From contig CAMYNJ010000104.1 of assembly GCA_947259795.1 (NCBI GenBank), forward strand, positions 2,130 through 66,129: DNA of 64,000 bases. Reading direction: 5' to 3'. Shown here one piece after another: positions 41,385-50,258 of the stretch; within the stretch, counting starts at the first letter, position 1, and each line of letters starts with the position of its first letter. Position numbers and translations under genes: made by a program. Below the pieces are notes generated by a model. That model was not told where the DNA came from, did no database searches, and worked only from the letters and a program-made list of their open reading frames with translations. This stretch comes from an uncultured Alphaproteobacteria bacterium. GTDB lineage: Bacteria; Pseudomonadota; Alphaproteobacteria; UBA8366; JADFVY01.

Positions 41385-43646
41385 CTAACTTCCCGCATCG
41401 CGAATCGCCTGCCAGACTCGCTGGGGGCTTGCCGGCATGTCGAGATGGGTCACGCCCAGCGGGGACAACGCATTGCAGACCGCGTTCATGGTGGCCGCCA
41501 GCGAGCCCACCGTGCCCGCCTCGCCGACGCCCTTCGCGCCCAACGGATTAACCGCCGTCGGCACTACGACATTGTCCAGCAGGATTTCCGGCATCACCCC
41601 AGCCACCGGCATGGTGTAATCCAGAAAGGAACCGGTGAGTATCTGTCCCGATTCGCGATCGTAGACGATCGCCTCGCCCAACGCCTGGCCGACGCCCTGC
41701 GCAATGCCACCATGCATCTGGCCTTCCACAAGTACCGGATTGACGACGGTTCCCACATCCTCGACACCGACATAGCGGATCAGTTCAACCACCCCGGTCT
41801 CCGGATCGACCTCGACCTCGCAGATATGGCAGCCGTTGGGATAGGTGACGGCGGGCGGCAGAAATTCGGCGCCTGCCTCGAACCTCCCGCCATCCCCGGT
41901 CGCGTGGGCGGCGACCTTCGCCAGCGTCATCGCCAGGTCCGTACCCGCCACATGGTAGCGTCCGTCCTCGAACACGACATCGGCGGCAGCCGCTTCCAGG
42001 GCCTCGGCGGCAATGGCGCGCCCCTTCTCAATCAGAGCCTCGGCGGCTCGCTGTATAGCCGAGCCGCCGACAACCAGCCCGCTGGACCCGCCGCTGCCCC
42101 GGCCCGACGGCAGGATGTCGGTGTCGCCCTGGCGAAAGGTTATGGAATCCGCATCGATGCCCAGAAGCTGGGCGGTCAACTCCACAAGCCCCGTCTCATG
42201 CCCCTGGCCCACGGACATGCAGCCGGGCCTGAGCTCCACCGTCCCGTCCGGCGCAACGCCGATCCAGGCATCGTCCTTGCGTGGTTGGCTGGCCGGGCCG
42301 CCGGCGACCTCGATGGGGTTGGCGATACCGATGCCACGCAGGCGGCCACGCGCCGCGGCCTTATTCCGTCTCGCCTCGAAACCACCAAGATCCGCCAGTT
42401 TCCGCGCCCGCGACATGGTCTCGGCGAAATCCCCACAATCGTATTTGAAGGTCAATCCCGTCTGCCAGGGCATGGCGTCCGCCGGGATCAGGTTGCGTCG
42501 GCGCAGTTCGAACGGATCGATGCCCAACTCGCCTGCCGCGCGGTCGATGATGCGCTCGATGATGAAGGTCGCTTCCGGCCGGCCGGCCCCGCGATAGGGC
42601 GTGATGGGCACGGTATTGGTGAAAACTCCCGTGACTTCCGCCGCGATAACCGGTGTCCGGTAGGTGCCGGCCACGCCGCCCATATTGCCGAATATCCCCA
42701 TGGCGCGGCGCGAGAAATAGGCACCGGCATTGCTGCGCGCCCGCACCCGCAGGCAGGTGAACCCGCCATCGGCGTCCAGGCCCAGTTCCACCCGGCCTTC
42801 GACATCGCGCGCATGGTCGTCGCTGCCCGATTCCCACAGCACCGGCCGCCCGCAGCGCCGCGCTGCCCACAGTACCAGCGCGTCCTCGCTGAACATGCCG
42901 CCTTTCATGCCGAAGGACCCACCCACGTCATGCGCCAGCACGCGAACCATCGAAGGGTCGACGCCGAATACATCCTTCGCCAGCCTGCCGCGCACCGCGA
43001 AAGGGCTCTGCGTAGCGGTGTGCAGCGTATAGCGTCCGTCGCCACATTCGCCCAGCGATACCCTGGGTTCCATCGGCGCCGCAGTGACGCGAGAAATGGT
43101 GAAATCAAGGCTGGCCACATGCGTGGCAGCTTTCAGTTCACTGTCGATCCTGTCCCAGCCGCCGACGCGGCGCGCGAAGGCGATATTGTCGTCCGCTTCC
43201 TCCCACAGGCGCGGCGCATCCGCGCCCAGCGCATCGGCGATATTCACCGCAAAAGGCAAATCTTCGATCTCGGCTGTGATCAGTTCGGCGGCGTCCGCCG
43301 CCTGTTGCGCTGTTTCCGCCACAACCATCGCATAGGGTTCACCCTGAAACCGGAAGATATCGCGAATCAGAAGCGGACGCGGTGTATGGGCCGGTTTGCC
43401 GCCATCGTCGCGCGGCGGCTCGGCGTCCAGCGGCAGGTCCGGGATATTGTTGGCGTCCAAGTCGGCGGCGGTCAGGACCGCCAGCACACCGGGTGCCGTG
43501 CGCGCCGATTCGATATCGATCGCGGTGATCCGCCCGGCCGGCATCTGCGTGCGGGCGAAGCAGGCATGCACCAAGCCTTCCGGGCGCAGGTCGCCTGTAT
43601 AGCGGCCCCTGCCGGTCAGAAATCTCTCGTCCTCCCTGCGCCGCAT
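41385..43646 (-). CDS. Xanthine dehydrogenase / aldehyde oxidase / CoxL-family molybdopterin-binding subunit
   Basis: 753 aa. RRREDERFLTGRGRYTGDL is the N-terminal signature, and the rest is large-subunit-like throughout. RBS AGGGGGA is present. No adjacent 2Fe-2S or FAD subunit genes were seen. Confidence 0.9.
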   Translation of the reverse strand: MRRREDERFLTGRGRYTGDLRPEGLVHACFARTQMPAGRITAIDIESARTAPGVLAVLTAADLDANNIPDLPLDAEPPRDDGGKPAHTPRPLLIRDIFRFQGEPYAMVVAETAQQAADAAELITAEIEDLPFAVNIADALGADAPRLWEEADDNIAFARRVGGWDRIDSELKAATHVASLDFTISRVTAAPMEPRVSLGECGDGRYTLHTATQSPFAVRGRLAKDVFGVDPSMVRVLAHDVGGSFGMKGGMFSEDALVLWAARRCGRPVLWESGSDDHARDVEGRVELGLDADGGFTCLRVRARSNAGAYFSRRAMGIFGNMGGVAGTYRTPVIAAEVTGVFTNTVPITPYRGAGRPEATFIIERIIDRAAGELGIDPFELRRRNLIPADAMPWQTGLTFKYDCGDFAETMSRARKLADLGGFEARRNKAAARGRLRGIGIANPIEVAGGPASQPRKDDAWIGVAPDGTVELRPGCMSVGQGHETGLVELTAQLLGIDADSITFRQGDTDILPSGRGSGGSSGLVVGGSAIQRAAEALIEKGRAIAAEALEAAAADVVFEDGRYHVAGTDLAMTLAKVAAHATGDGGRFEAGAEFLPPAVTYPNGCHICEVEVDPETGVVELIRYVGVEDVGTVVNPVLVEGQMHGGIAQGVGQALGEAIVYDRESGQILTGSFLDYTMPVAGVMPEILLDNVVVPTAVNPLGAKGVGEAGTVGSLAATMNAVCNALSPLGVTHLDMPASPQRVWQAIRDAGS

Positions 43647-43709
43647 CGGGCGATCCCCCTTTTTTCTTCGCTTGTGTTTGACAATTAGTCGCAGCCCCTC
43701 CTAGAGTCG

Positions 43710-43734
43710 AGAACGGCGTTCCGCATAAAGGAAC
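43710..43734 (+). promoter_or_regulatory. Tripartite operator site 8
   Basis: AGAAC GGC GTTCC GCATAAA GGAAC, in the divergent region between the Mo-subunit gene and the TPP-enzyme gene. Confidence 0.65.
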
Positions 43735-43765
43735 TCGGGTTCGGCGACAGGAGGAGACCATCAAA

Positions 43766-45562
43766 ATGAACGATTCCCCGGACCATGCCAATCCTTCCCA
43801 TGCAGACCGGCCGGCGGGGCCGGTCGACGCAAATGTCGCCTGGGGCAGCGATGTGGCGGCCCAGATGCTGCGGCGGATGGATATCCCCTGGATCGCGCTG
43901 AACCCGGGGGCCAGCTATCGCGGGCTGCATGACAGCCTGGTCAATCATCTGGGGAACGAGCGCCCCGGCATATTGATGTGCCTGCATGAGGAACATGCGG
44001 TCGCCATCGCGCATGGTTACGCCAAGGCGACCGGCAAGCCGCTGGCGGTGGCGGTGCACAGCAATGTCGGATTGATGCACGCCAGCATGGCGATCTTCAA
44101 CGCCTGGTGCGACCGCCAGCCGATGCTGATTCTCGGCGCGACCGGGCCGGTGGACGCGGCCGCGCGCCGCCCCTGGATCGACTGGGTCCATACCGCGCAG
44201 GACCAGGGCGCGCTGGTCCGCAATTTCATAAAGTGGGACGATCAGCCGGCCTCGATCGCGGCGCTGCCGGAAACTTTCCTGCGCGCCCGCCAGCAGATGG
44301 AAACCGGACCGAAGGGGCCGGTCTATATCTGCCTGGACGCGACGATCCAGGAAGAGAAGATCGAGGGCGTGTTCGAATTTCCCGATACGGCGCGCTACGC
44401 GCCGCCACCACCGCCGCGTCCGGACGCCGAAGCGCTGACCCGGGCGGCCGCGTTGTTGGCCGGAGCCAAGCGCCCCATTATCCTGTTCGGGCGGGGGCGG
44501 CGCGACCGGATGGCCTGGGACATCCGCGTGAAACTGGCCGTACGTCTGGGGGCGGGCATGATGTCCGACCTCAAGACCGGGTCGATGGTGCCCAGCGATC
44601 ATCCGCTGCATGTCGGCGCGCCCTTCAACAAGCTGCATAAGACGGGCCGCCAGGCACTGCAAGAGGCCGATCTGATTCTCAGCATCGGCTGGATCGATCC
44701 TGGCGGCCTGCTGCGCCAGGCGTTCGGCGGCGAGACGCCGGAGACGACGATCATCCACGCTGGTCAGGACCTGCATCTGCATAACGGTTGGGGCAAGGAA
44801 CATGCAGCCCTGTCGCCAATGGATGTCCATATGATCTGTGATCCGGACGCCGCGGTAGCCGATTTGCTGGCGGCACTGCCCGAGAACTTGACGCCACGCT
44901 TCCCTGATAGAGCGCGGCAGAAAGAATGCACCGCGCAGCCATCCGGTGCTATCACCCAGCGCGATCTGGCGGCGGCGCTGAAGGTAGCGGTGGGCGACAG
45001 GCCCGTAACATTCCCCTGTCTGCCCAGGGGCTGGCCCGCCGCCACGATGCCTCACCGCGATCCGTTGTCCTATTTGGGCAAGGATGGGGGCGGGGGCGTT
45101 GGTTCGGGCCCAGGCATTACCATCGGCGCGGCGTTGGCCCTGAAAGACAGTGGGCGGCTGACCATCGGCGTCACCGGCGACGGCGATTGCCTGATGAGCA
45201 TCAATGCCCTGTGGACGGCGGCGCGCTATGGAATTCCGGCGATGATCATCGTCGCCAACAACCGTTCCTACTTCAACGATGAAATGCACCAGGAAACCGT
45301 CGCGCTGGAACGTGGCCGCAACCCCGACAATCGCGCCGTCGGCCAGGCCATCGCCGACCCCGTCCCCGACATCGCCAAGATGGCCGAGGCACAGGGCGTG
45401 GAGGCACGCGGTCCCATCACACGCATAGAAGACCTGGAACCGGCCCTGCGCGAAGGCGTGGCGGCGATTGCCGCCGGCCGCCCCTTCCTGGTGGACGTAC
45501 TGGTCGATCCCATGCATGGGCGCGAAGTCCCGCTGGGCGCGGCCGGGCGAGGGCCGGGATGA
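43766..45562 (+). CDS. Thiamine-diphosphate-dependent enzyme, paralog 2
   Basis: 598 aa with WIALNPGASYRGLHDSL...HEEHAVAIAHGYAKATGKP and GVTGDGDCLMSINALWTAARYGIPAMIIVANNRSY. Confidence 0.85.
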   Translation: MNDSPDHANPSHADRPAGPVDANVAWGSDVAAQMLRRMDIPWIALNPGASYRGLHDSLVNHLGNERPGILMCLHEEHAVAIAHGYAKATGKPLAVAVHSNVGLMHASMAIFNAWCDRQPMLILGATGPVDAAARRPWIDWVHTAQDQGALVRNFIKWDDQPASIAALPETFLRARQQMETGPKGPVYICLDATIQEEKIEGVFEFPDTARYAPPPPPRPDAEALTRAAALLAGAKRPIILFGRGRRDRMAWDIRVKLAVRLGAGMMSDLKTGSMVPSDHPLHVGAPFNKLHKTGRQALQEADLILSIGWIDPGGLLRQAFGGETPETTIIHAGQDLHLHNGWGKEHAALSPMDVHMICDPDAAVADLLAALPENLTPRFPDRARQKECTAQPSGAITQRDLAAALKVAVGDRPVTFPCLPRGWPAATMPHRDPLSYLGKDGGGGVGSGPGITIGAALALKDSGRLTIGVTGDGDCLMSINALWTAARYGIPAMIIVANNRSYFNDEMHQETVALERGRNPDNRAVGQAIADPVPDIAKMAEAQGVEARGPITRIEDLEPALREGVAAIAAGRPFLVDVLVDPMHGREVPLGAAGRGPG

Positions 45563-45601
45563 TGGTCCGGCTTGACGGCAGGGGCAGTGACCAATACATT
45601 C

Positions 45602-45626
45602 AGAACAGCGTTCCGCAATGAGGAAC
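45602..45626 (+). promoter_or_regulatory. Tripartite operator site 9 (in front of / overlapping the IclR gene start)
   Basis: AGAAC AGC GTTCC GCAATGA GGAAC. It contains the first in-frame ATG (45618) and lies 25 nt upstream of the alternative ATG at 45651. Confidence 0.65.
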
Positions 45627-46475
45627 GACAAGCAGATTGCAGGGAATGTCATGACACGGTCAGACCACACGGTAACCGGCGCGGCCGGTGGCGACGAGCC
45701 CAAGTCCCGGCTGTCTTCTGTCACCACGGCCATCCGGCTGTTGAAAGCCTTTACGGAAAGCGACCGCGAGATCGGCATCAGCGCGCTGTCCAAGAAGCTC
45801 GGCGTATCCAAGAGCACGGTGCATCGCGTCGCGACGACGCTGGTCGCCGAGGGGTTGCTGGAACAGAATCCGGAAACCGACCGTTACCGGTTGGGCCTGG
45901 CGCTGTTTTCGCTGGGCACCCTGGTGCGCCGGCGCATGGATATCCCCAACGAGGCGAAGCCCTTCCTGTCGAAGCTGCGCGATTCGTCGAAGGAAAACAT
46001 CCATCTGGCCGTGCTGCAGGGTACCGAGGTCGTCTATGTCTATGACATGGAAAGTTCCCAGGCGGTGCGCGTGCGGCCGCATCTCGGCGCATCCAAGCCA
46101 TTGAATTGTTCGGCCGAGGGCCTGACGATCCTGGCGTGGCAGTCCGAATCCTTTATCGACAAGGCCTTGTCCGTTTCGTTGTTGCCGCGCACCGACAACA
46201 CCATGACGGACCCCGCAAAAATCAAGGCACGGCTGGAGAAGGTTCGCAGCGACGGTTATGCGCTGGAGGACGAAGAGAGCGAAATCGGCATGCGCTGCGT
46301 GGCCGCACCGATCCGCGATGCCGAGGGAAATGTGGTCGCGGCCGTAGGTGTCGCGGGACCCAGTCAGCGGCTGTCCACCCACGCCATCAAGAACTTCGCC
46401 CCCCAGGTTCGGGAAGCGGCGGAATCCATATCAATGCGGCTCGGCTATCGGGCGGGCGCCAAGCGATACGCCTGA
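45618..46475 (+). CDS. IclR-family transcriptional regulator
   Basis: It has an N-terminal wHTH (SSVTTAIRLLKAFTESDREIGISALSKKLGVSKSTVHRVATTLVAEGLLEQ) and a C-terminal IclR effector domain (GYALEDEESEIGMRCVAAPIRDAEGNVVAAVGVAGP). The true start may be ATG 45651. Confidence 0.85.
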   Translation: MRNDKQIAGNVMTRSDHTVTGAAGGDEPKSRLSSVTTAIRLLKAFTESDREIGISALSKKLGVSKSTVHRVATTLVAEGLLEQNPETDRYRLGLALFSLGTLVRRRMDIPNEAKPFLSKLRDSSKENIHLAVLQGTEVVYVYDMESSQAVRVRPHLGASKPLNCSAEGLTILAWQSESFIDKALSVSLLPRTDNTMTDPAKIKARLEKVRSDGYALEDEESEIGMRCVAAPIRDAEGNVVAAVGVAGPSQRLSTHAIKNFAPQVREAAESISMRLGYRAGAKRYA

Positions 46476-46500
46476 AGCCGGCGAGAGGGTTACGAAGACA

Positions 46501-47505
46501 ATGCCAACAATCCGTATCGAGGGAACGGAGATCGAGTTCGAATCCGCGCCGGACGACGTTGTGCTGCGCGCCGCGCTGCGCAGCGGGCTGGGATTTCCAT
46601 ATGAATGCAATGTGGGCGCCTGCGGCAATTGCCGGTTCGAGCTGCTGGAAGGCAAGGTCGAACATGAATGGGACAGCCCGCCGGCCTGGGGCGATCGCGA
46701 CCTGAAGCGCAACCGGTATCTGGGCTGCCAGGCCCGCGCCCTGACCGATTGCCGGATCAAGCTGCGGCAAGATGAAAGCTGCGTCAGCAAACACCGGCCG
46801 TTACGGACCCGCGCCCGCCTGACGGAAACCCGCCCCATCACCCACGATATCAGCGAATTCGCCTTCATGCCGGACGAGGCGGTTTCTTTCCTGCCCGGTC
46901 AATATGCGTTGCTGGATTTGCCGGGTGTCGAGGGCAGGCGGGCCTATTCGATGTGCAACCTGCCGTCCGACGGCGGCGCGTGGCGGTTTCAGATCAAGCG
47001 CGTGCCCGGCGGCGCGGGAACGGCAAAGCTGTTCGACGGGCTGAATGAAGGCGACGAGGTCGGTATCGACGGCCCCTTCGGCATGGCCTGGCTGCGCGAG
47101 GACGCGCCGCGCGACATCGTCTGCATCGCCGGCGGGTCCGGCCTGTCGCCGATGATCTCCATCGTGCGGGCCGCCGCCGCCAGCGAATCGCTCGCCGGCC
47201 GGCAGATCCACTTCTTCTACGGCGGGCGTGCGCCACGGGATATCTGCGGCGAGGCGTTGCTGGGCGAACTACCGGGCTGGGGCGAGCACATCCATTATTG
47301 CGCCGCCATTTCCGAGGAAGGCCACGGCGACTGGCCCGGGCCCGTCGGCTTCGTGCATGATCTGGCGCGCAAGGAACTGGGCGAGAGCCTCGCGGGGCAT
47401 GAAATTTATTTTGGCGGCCCGCCAGCCATGTCGCAGGCGGTGCAGAAAATGCTGTTCGATCTGAAAGTGCCCTTCGGGCAGGTCCATTTCGATCAGTTCT
47501 TTTGA
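46501..47505 (+). CDS. Oxygenase reductase: plant-type [2Fe-2S] ferredoxin domain fused to an FNR-like FAD/NAD(P)-binding domain
   Basis: The start is MPTIRIEG. CNVGACGNCRFEL belongs to the Cx4CxxC...C cluster, RAYSM is the flavin-binding motif, and IAGGSGLSPM is the NAD(P)-binding motif. Confidence 0.85.
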   Translation: MPTIRIEGTEIEFESAPDDVVLRAALRSGLGFPYECNVGACGNCRFELLEGKVEHEWDSPPAWGDRDLKRNRYLGCQARALTDCRIKLRQDESCVSKHRPLRTRARLTETRPITHDISEFAFMPDEAVSFLPGQYALLDLPGVEGRRAYSMCNLPSDGGAWRFQIKRVPGGAGTAKLFDGLNEGDEVGIDGPFGMAWLREDAPRDIVCIAGGSGLSPMISIVRAAAASESLAGRQIHFFYGGRAPRDICGEALLGELPGWGEHIHYCAAISEEGHGDWPGPVGFVHDLARKELGESLAGHEIYFGGPPAMSQAVQKMLFDLKVPFGQVHFDQFF

Positions 47506-47532
47506 ACGCCCGAGCGTTACCGGGAGGGAAGA

Positions 47533-48525
47533 TTGAGTAAACTCAGACTGTCATTCGGCTGCTGGAATTACGACCGCACCCGGGCCCTGATGGACGGGTC
47601 CGTCCAGCCGGACGGGATCGACCTGAATTATCTGAATATGTCGGTGGAGGAGACTTTCTTCCGCATGGTACGGTTCCGCGAGTTCGATGTCGCGGAAATG
47701 TCGCTGTCCTCCTACGCGGTCTCGCTGTTCAAGCCGGACAGCCCGTTCATCGCGATCCCGGTGTTCCCGTCGCGCTTCTTCCGCCATTCCTGTATCTATA
47801 CCAACGCCGCCGCCGGTATCCGCGAGCCCAAGGACCTGATCGGCAAGCGCATCGGCACACCGGAATACCAGATGACCGCGCCGGTCTGGATTCGTGGCAT
47901 CCTGTCGGAACATTACGGCGTGCCCGTCGATTCGGTGACCTATGTGACCGGCGGCGAGGAATCGCCGAACCGCGTGGAAAAGCAGTCGCTGGACCTCCCC
48001 GATAACATCAGGATCGAGCGCATCGGCCCGACCCAGACGCTGGCGCAAATGCTGCTCGACGGCGAGATCGACGCGCTGCATACCGCACGCAAGCCGTCGA
48101 CTTTTAATGCCGGCGGCGGCAAGGTGGGGCGCCTGTTTCCCGATTATGTCGAGGTCGAACAGCAATATTACCGCGACACCGGCCTGTTCCCGATCATGCA
48201 TACGGTGGCGATCCGCCGCGAGCTGTACGAGGAAAACCGCTGGATCGCGCAGGCGCTGTTCAAGGCCTTCCATGAGTCCCAGCAGAAGACTTACGAAGAT
48301 CTGCAGGAAACCGCCGCACTGAAGGGCATGCTGCCCTGGTTCAACGCCCATGTGGAAGAGGCGGTGGCGATGATGGGCGAGGATTTCTGGCCTTATGGCT
48401 TCGAGAAGAACCGGGAATGCCTGGCCACCTTCCTGCGCTATCACCATGAATCGGGCCTATCGCCCCGCGTTCTGGAACCGGCAGAACTGTTCGCACCGGA
48501 AACGCTGGAACGCTTCGTGATCTGA
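47533..48525 (+). CDS. 4,5-dihydroxyphthalate decarboxylase-like protein (periplasmic-binding-protein fold, cytoplasmic), paralog 1
   Basis: It has a TTG start after GGGAGGGA and no signal peptide. LSFGCWNYDRTRALMDGSVQPDGIDLNYL...EFDVAEMSLSSY...IAIPVFPSRFFRHSCIY is the pattern I recognise from PhtD/OphC-type decarboxylases. Confidence 0.7.
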   Translation: MSKLRLSFGCWNYDRTRALMDGSVQPDGIDLNYLNMSVEETFFRMVRFREFDVAEMSLSSYAVSLFKPDSPFIAIPVFPSRFFRHSCIYTNAAAGIREPKDLIGKRIGTPEYQMTAPVWIRGILSEHYGVPVDSVTYVTGGEESPNRVEKQSLDLPDNIRIERIGPTQTLAQMLLDGEIDALHTARKPSTFNAGGGKVGRLFPDYVEVEQQYYRDTGLFPIMHTVAIRRELYEENRWIAQALFKAFHESQQKTYEDLQETAALKGMLPWFNAHVEEAVAMMGEDFWPYGFEKNRECLATFLRYHHESGLSPRVLEPAELFAPETLERFVI

Positions 48526-48553
48526 ACCGGGCAATAGGGACAAGGGAGACGAC

Positions 48554-49381
48554 ATGACCGACAAAGTCACCATACCGGCACTTCACCAGATGAAGCGCGA
48601 CGGCGGGAAAATCGTTGGGGTCGTCGCCTGGGATTACCAGATCGCGCAGATCGTCGATCGCGCCGGGGTCGAAATCGTCTCGGTGGGCGATACGGTCGGC
48701 ATCAATCTGTGGGGGCAGCCGAACCCGCTGGAAGTGACCATGGACCAGATGGTCGTGGTCACCCAGGCGGTGCGCCGGGGGGTTAGCCGCGCGCTGGTCA
48801 GCGTCGATTTCCCCTTCGGCCCGCTGCAGGAAGGCGTCGATAGCGCGGTCAGCGCCGCCATCCGCATGGTCAAGGAGGCCGGCGTCGATATGGTCAAGCT
48901 GGACGGCGCGGCCGACTTCCCCGAGGCCGTCACCGCCATCGCGCGGGCCGGCATCCCGGTCTTCGCCCAGTTCGGCCTGACGCCGCAAACCGCCCTGCAA
49001 TTCGGCATGGAATACGGCGCGATGAACCAGCCCGGTGCGCAGGCGCCCGCGGGCCTCAAGGACAAGCTGGTGGCCGAAGCCAAAATGCTGGAGGACGCCG
49101 GCGCCTCGCTGCTCGACTTCACCAATTCCGGGCCGGTGGTCGGGCCGGAGGTCGTGGCGTCCGTGTCAATCCCGGTAATCGGCGGATTTGGCGGCGGGCC
49201 CTGGCTGGACGGGCGCGTACGCATGGCCCATGCCGCCATCGGCTACGGCGCCAAAGCCTTGGACTCCGATGTCGAGAACTACGCCAATGTCGCGCGTATC
49301 ACGCTGGACGCCATCACGGCCTATGCCGGGGATGTGCGCGCTGCCCGCCAGATCAAGGGCGCCCCGCCGGCGAAAAAATAA
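48554..49381 (+). CDS. PanB-like (3-methyl-2-oxobutanoate hydroxymethyltransferase family, PEP-mutase/ICL superfamily) protein
   Basis: It is collinear with PanB: VAWDYQIAQIVDRAGVEIVSVGDTVG, VDFPFG, MVKLDG, FAQFGLTPQ and IPVIGGFGGG. It lies in a catabolic rather than a pantothenate context. Confidence 0.7.
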   Translation: MTDKVTIPALHQMKRDGGKIVGVVAWDYQIAQIVDRAGVEIVSVGDTVGINLWGQPNPLEVTMDQMVVVTQAVRRGVSRALVSVDFPFGPLQEGVDSAVSAAIRMVKEAGVDMVKLDGAADFPEAVTAIARAGIPVFAQFGLTPQTALQFGMEYGAMNQPGAQAPAGLKDKLVAEAKMLEDAGASLLDFTNSGPVVGPEVVASVSIPVIGGFGGGPWLDGRVRMAHAAIGYGAKALDSDVENYANVARITLDAITAYAGDVRAARQIKGAPPAKK

Positions 49382-49392
49382 GGCGATATCCC

Positions 49393-50241
49393 ATGCCCTT
49401 AATCGACATTGACGGTATTGCCACAAATTACGAAGTCATCGGCGACGGGCCGCCGATTCTGATGTTCTCGCCCGGCGGCTTCGACGCGACGATCGAGAAG
49501 TGGTCGACGCTGGGCGTCTATGCCCGCATAAAACTGCTCGATCACCTGCCGGCAAAATACAAATGCATTGTCTTCGACCGGCGCGAAACCGGCCGGTCCG
49601 GCGGGCGCGTGGAACGCGTCACCTGGAGTCATTTCGTCACCCAGGGCAAGGGGCTGCTGGACCATCTGGGCATCGACCGGGCCCACCTGATGGGCGGTTG
49701 CATGGGCTGCTGCCCGGTCGCGGCCTTCGCCGTCGACGCGCCGGAACGGGTGCTCAGCATGATCCATTACTGGCCCGTCGGCGGCGCCAGATACCGCATT
49801 AACGGCCATCTGCGCTTCGCCCGCCATCTGGCCTATGTCGAGGAACAGGGACTGGCGGCGGTGGTTGCCTTGGTCAACAGCCACGACAAGGGCTTCGGCC
49901 AGGACCCGCGCGGCGGGCCGTGGTCGTCGATCATCCGCAACGACCCGAATTTCGCGCAGGCCTACGCCGGCCAGGACGTGGAGCATTACAAGTTGATCGT
50001 CGGCAGCATGGTGCGCACTCTGCTGGACCGCGACACCGCCCCGGGCGCCGAGCCCGAGGATATGCTGCGCCTGAACACTCCGACCCTGATTATCCCCGGC
50101 CGGGACGCCGCCCACGCAACCTCTGCCGCGCGCTATCTGGAGGAATGCATACCGGGGGCCGAGTACTGGGATATGCCGGTGGACAGCCAGACGGAGGAGA
50201 CAGCGCCGGCAAGGATCCTGGATTTCCTGGACGGGATTTGA
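49393..50241 (+). CDS. Alpha/beta-fold hydrolase with Cys in the nucleophile-elbow position
   Basis: ILMFSPGG (oxyanion region) and AHLMGGCMGCC, where G-G-C-M-G replaces the usual G-x-S-x-G (Cys103, nt 49699-49701). Confidence 0.8.
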   Translation: MPLIDIDGIATNYEVIGDGPPILMFSPGGFDATIEKWSTLGVYARIKLLDHLPAKYKCIVFDRRETGRSGGRVERVTWSHFVTQGKGLLDHLGIDRAHLMGGCMGCCPVAAFAVDAPERVLSMIHYWPVGGARYRINGHLRFARHLAYVEEQGLAAVVALVNSHDKGFGQDPRGGPWSSIIRNDPNFAQAYAGQDVEHYKLIVGSMVRTLLDRDTAPGAEPEDMLRLNTPTLIIPGRDAAHATSAARYLEECIPGAEYWDMPVDSQTEETAPARILDFLDGI

Positions 50242-50258
50242 TGCGGGGCCGGCTGCCC

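Noticed and set aside
41445-43688. 747-aa plus-strand ORF covering the whole molybdopterin-subunit gene. Similar very long antisense ORFs lie at 43685-45817(-), 60852-62720(-), 21436-22953(-), 50340-51671(+), 6581-7882(-), 66-932(+) and 51897-52919(-).
   Set aside because: Their translations are Arg/Gly/Ala/Pro/His-rich low-complexity strings with no recognisable motifs. In each case the opposite strand encodes a protein with clear family signatures. These are typical shadow ORFs of GC-rich DNA.
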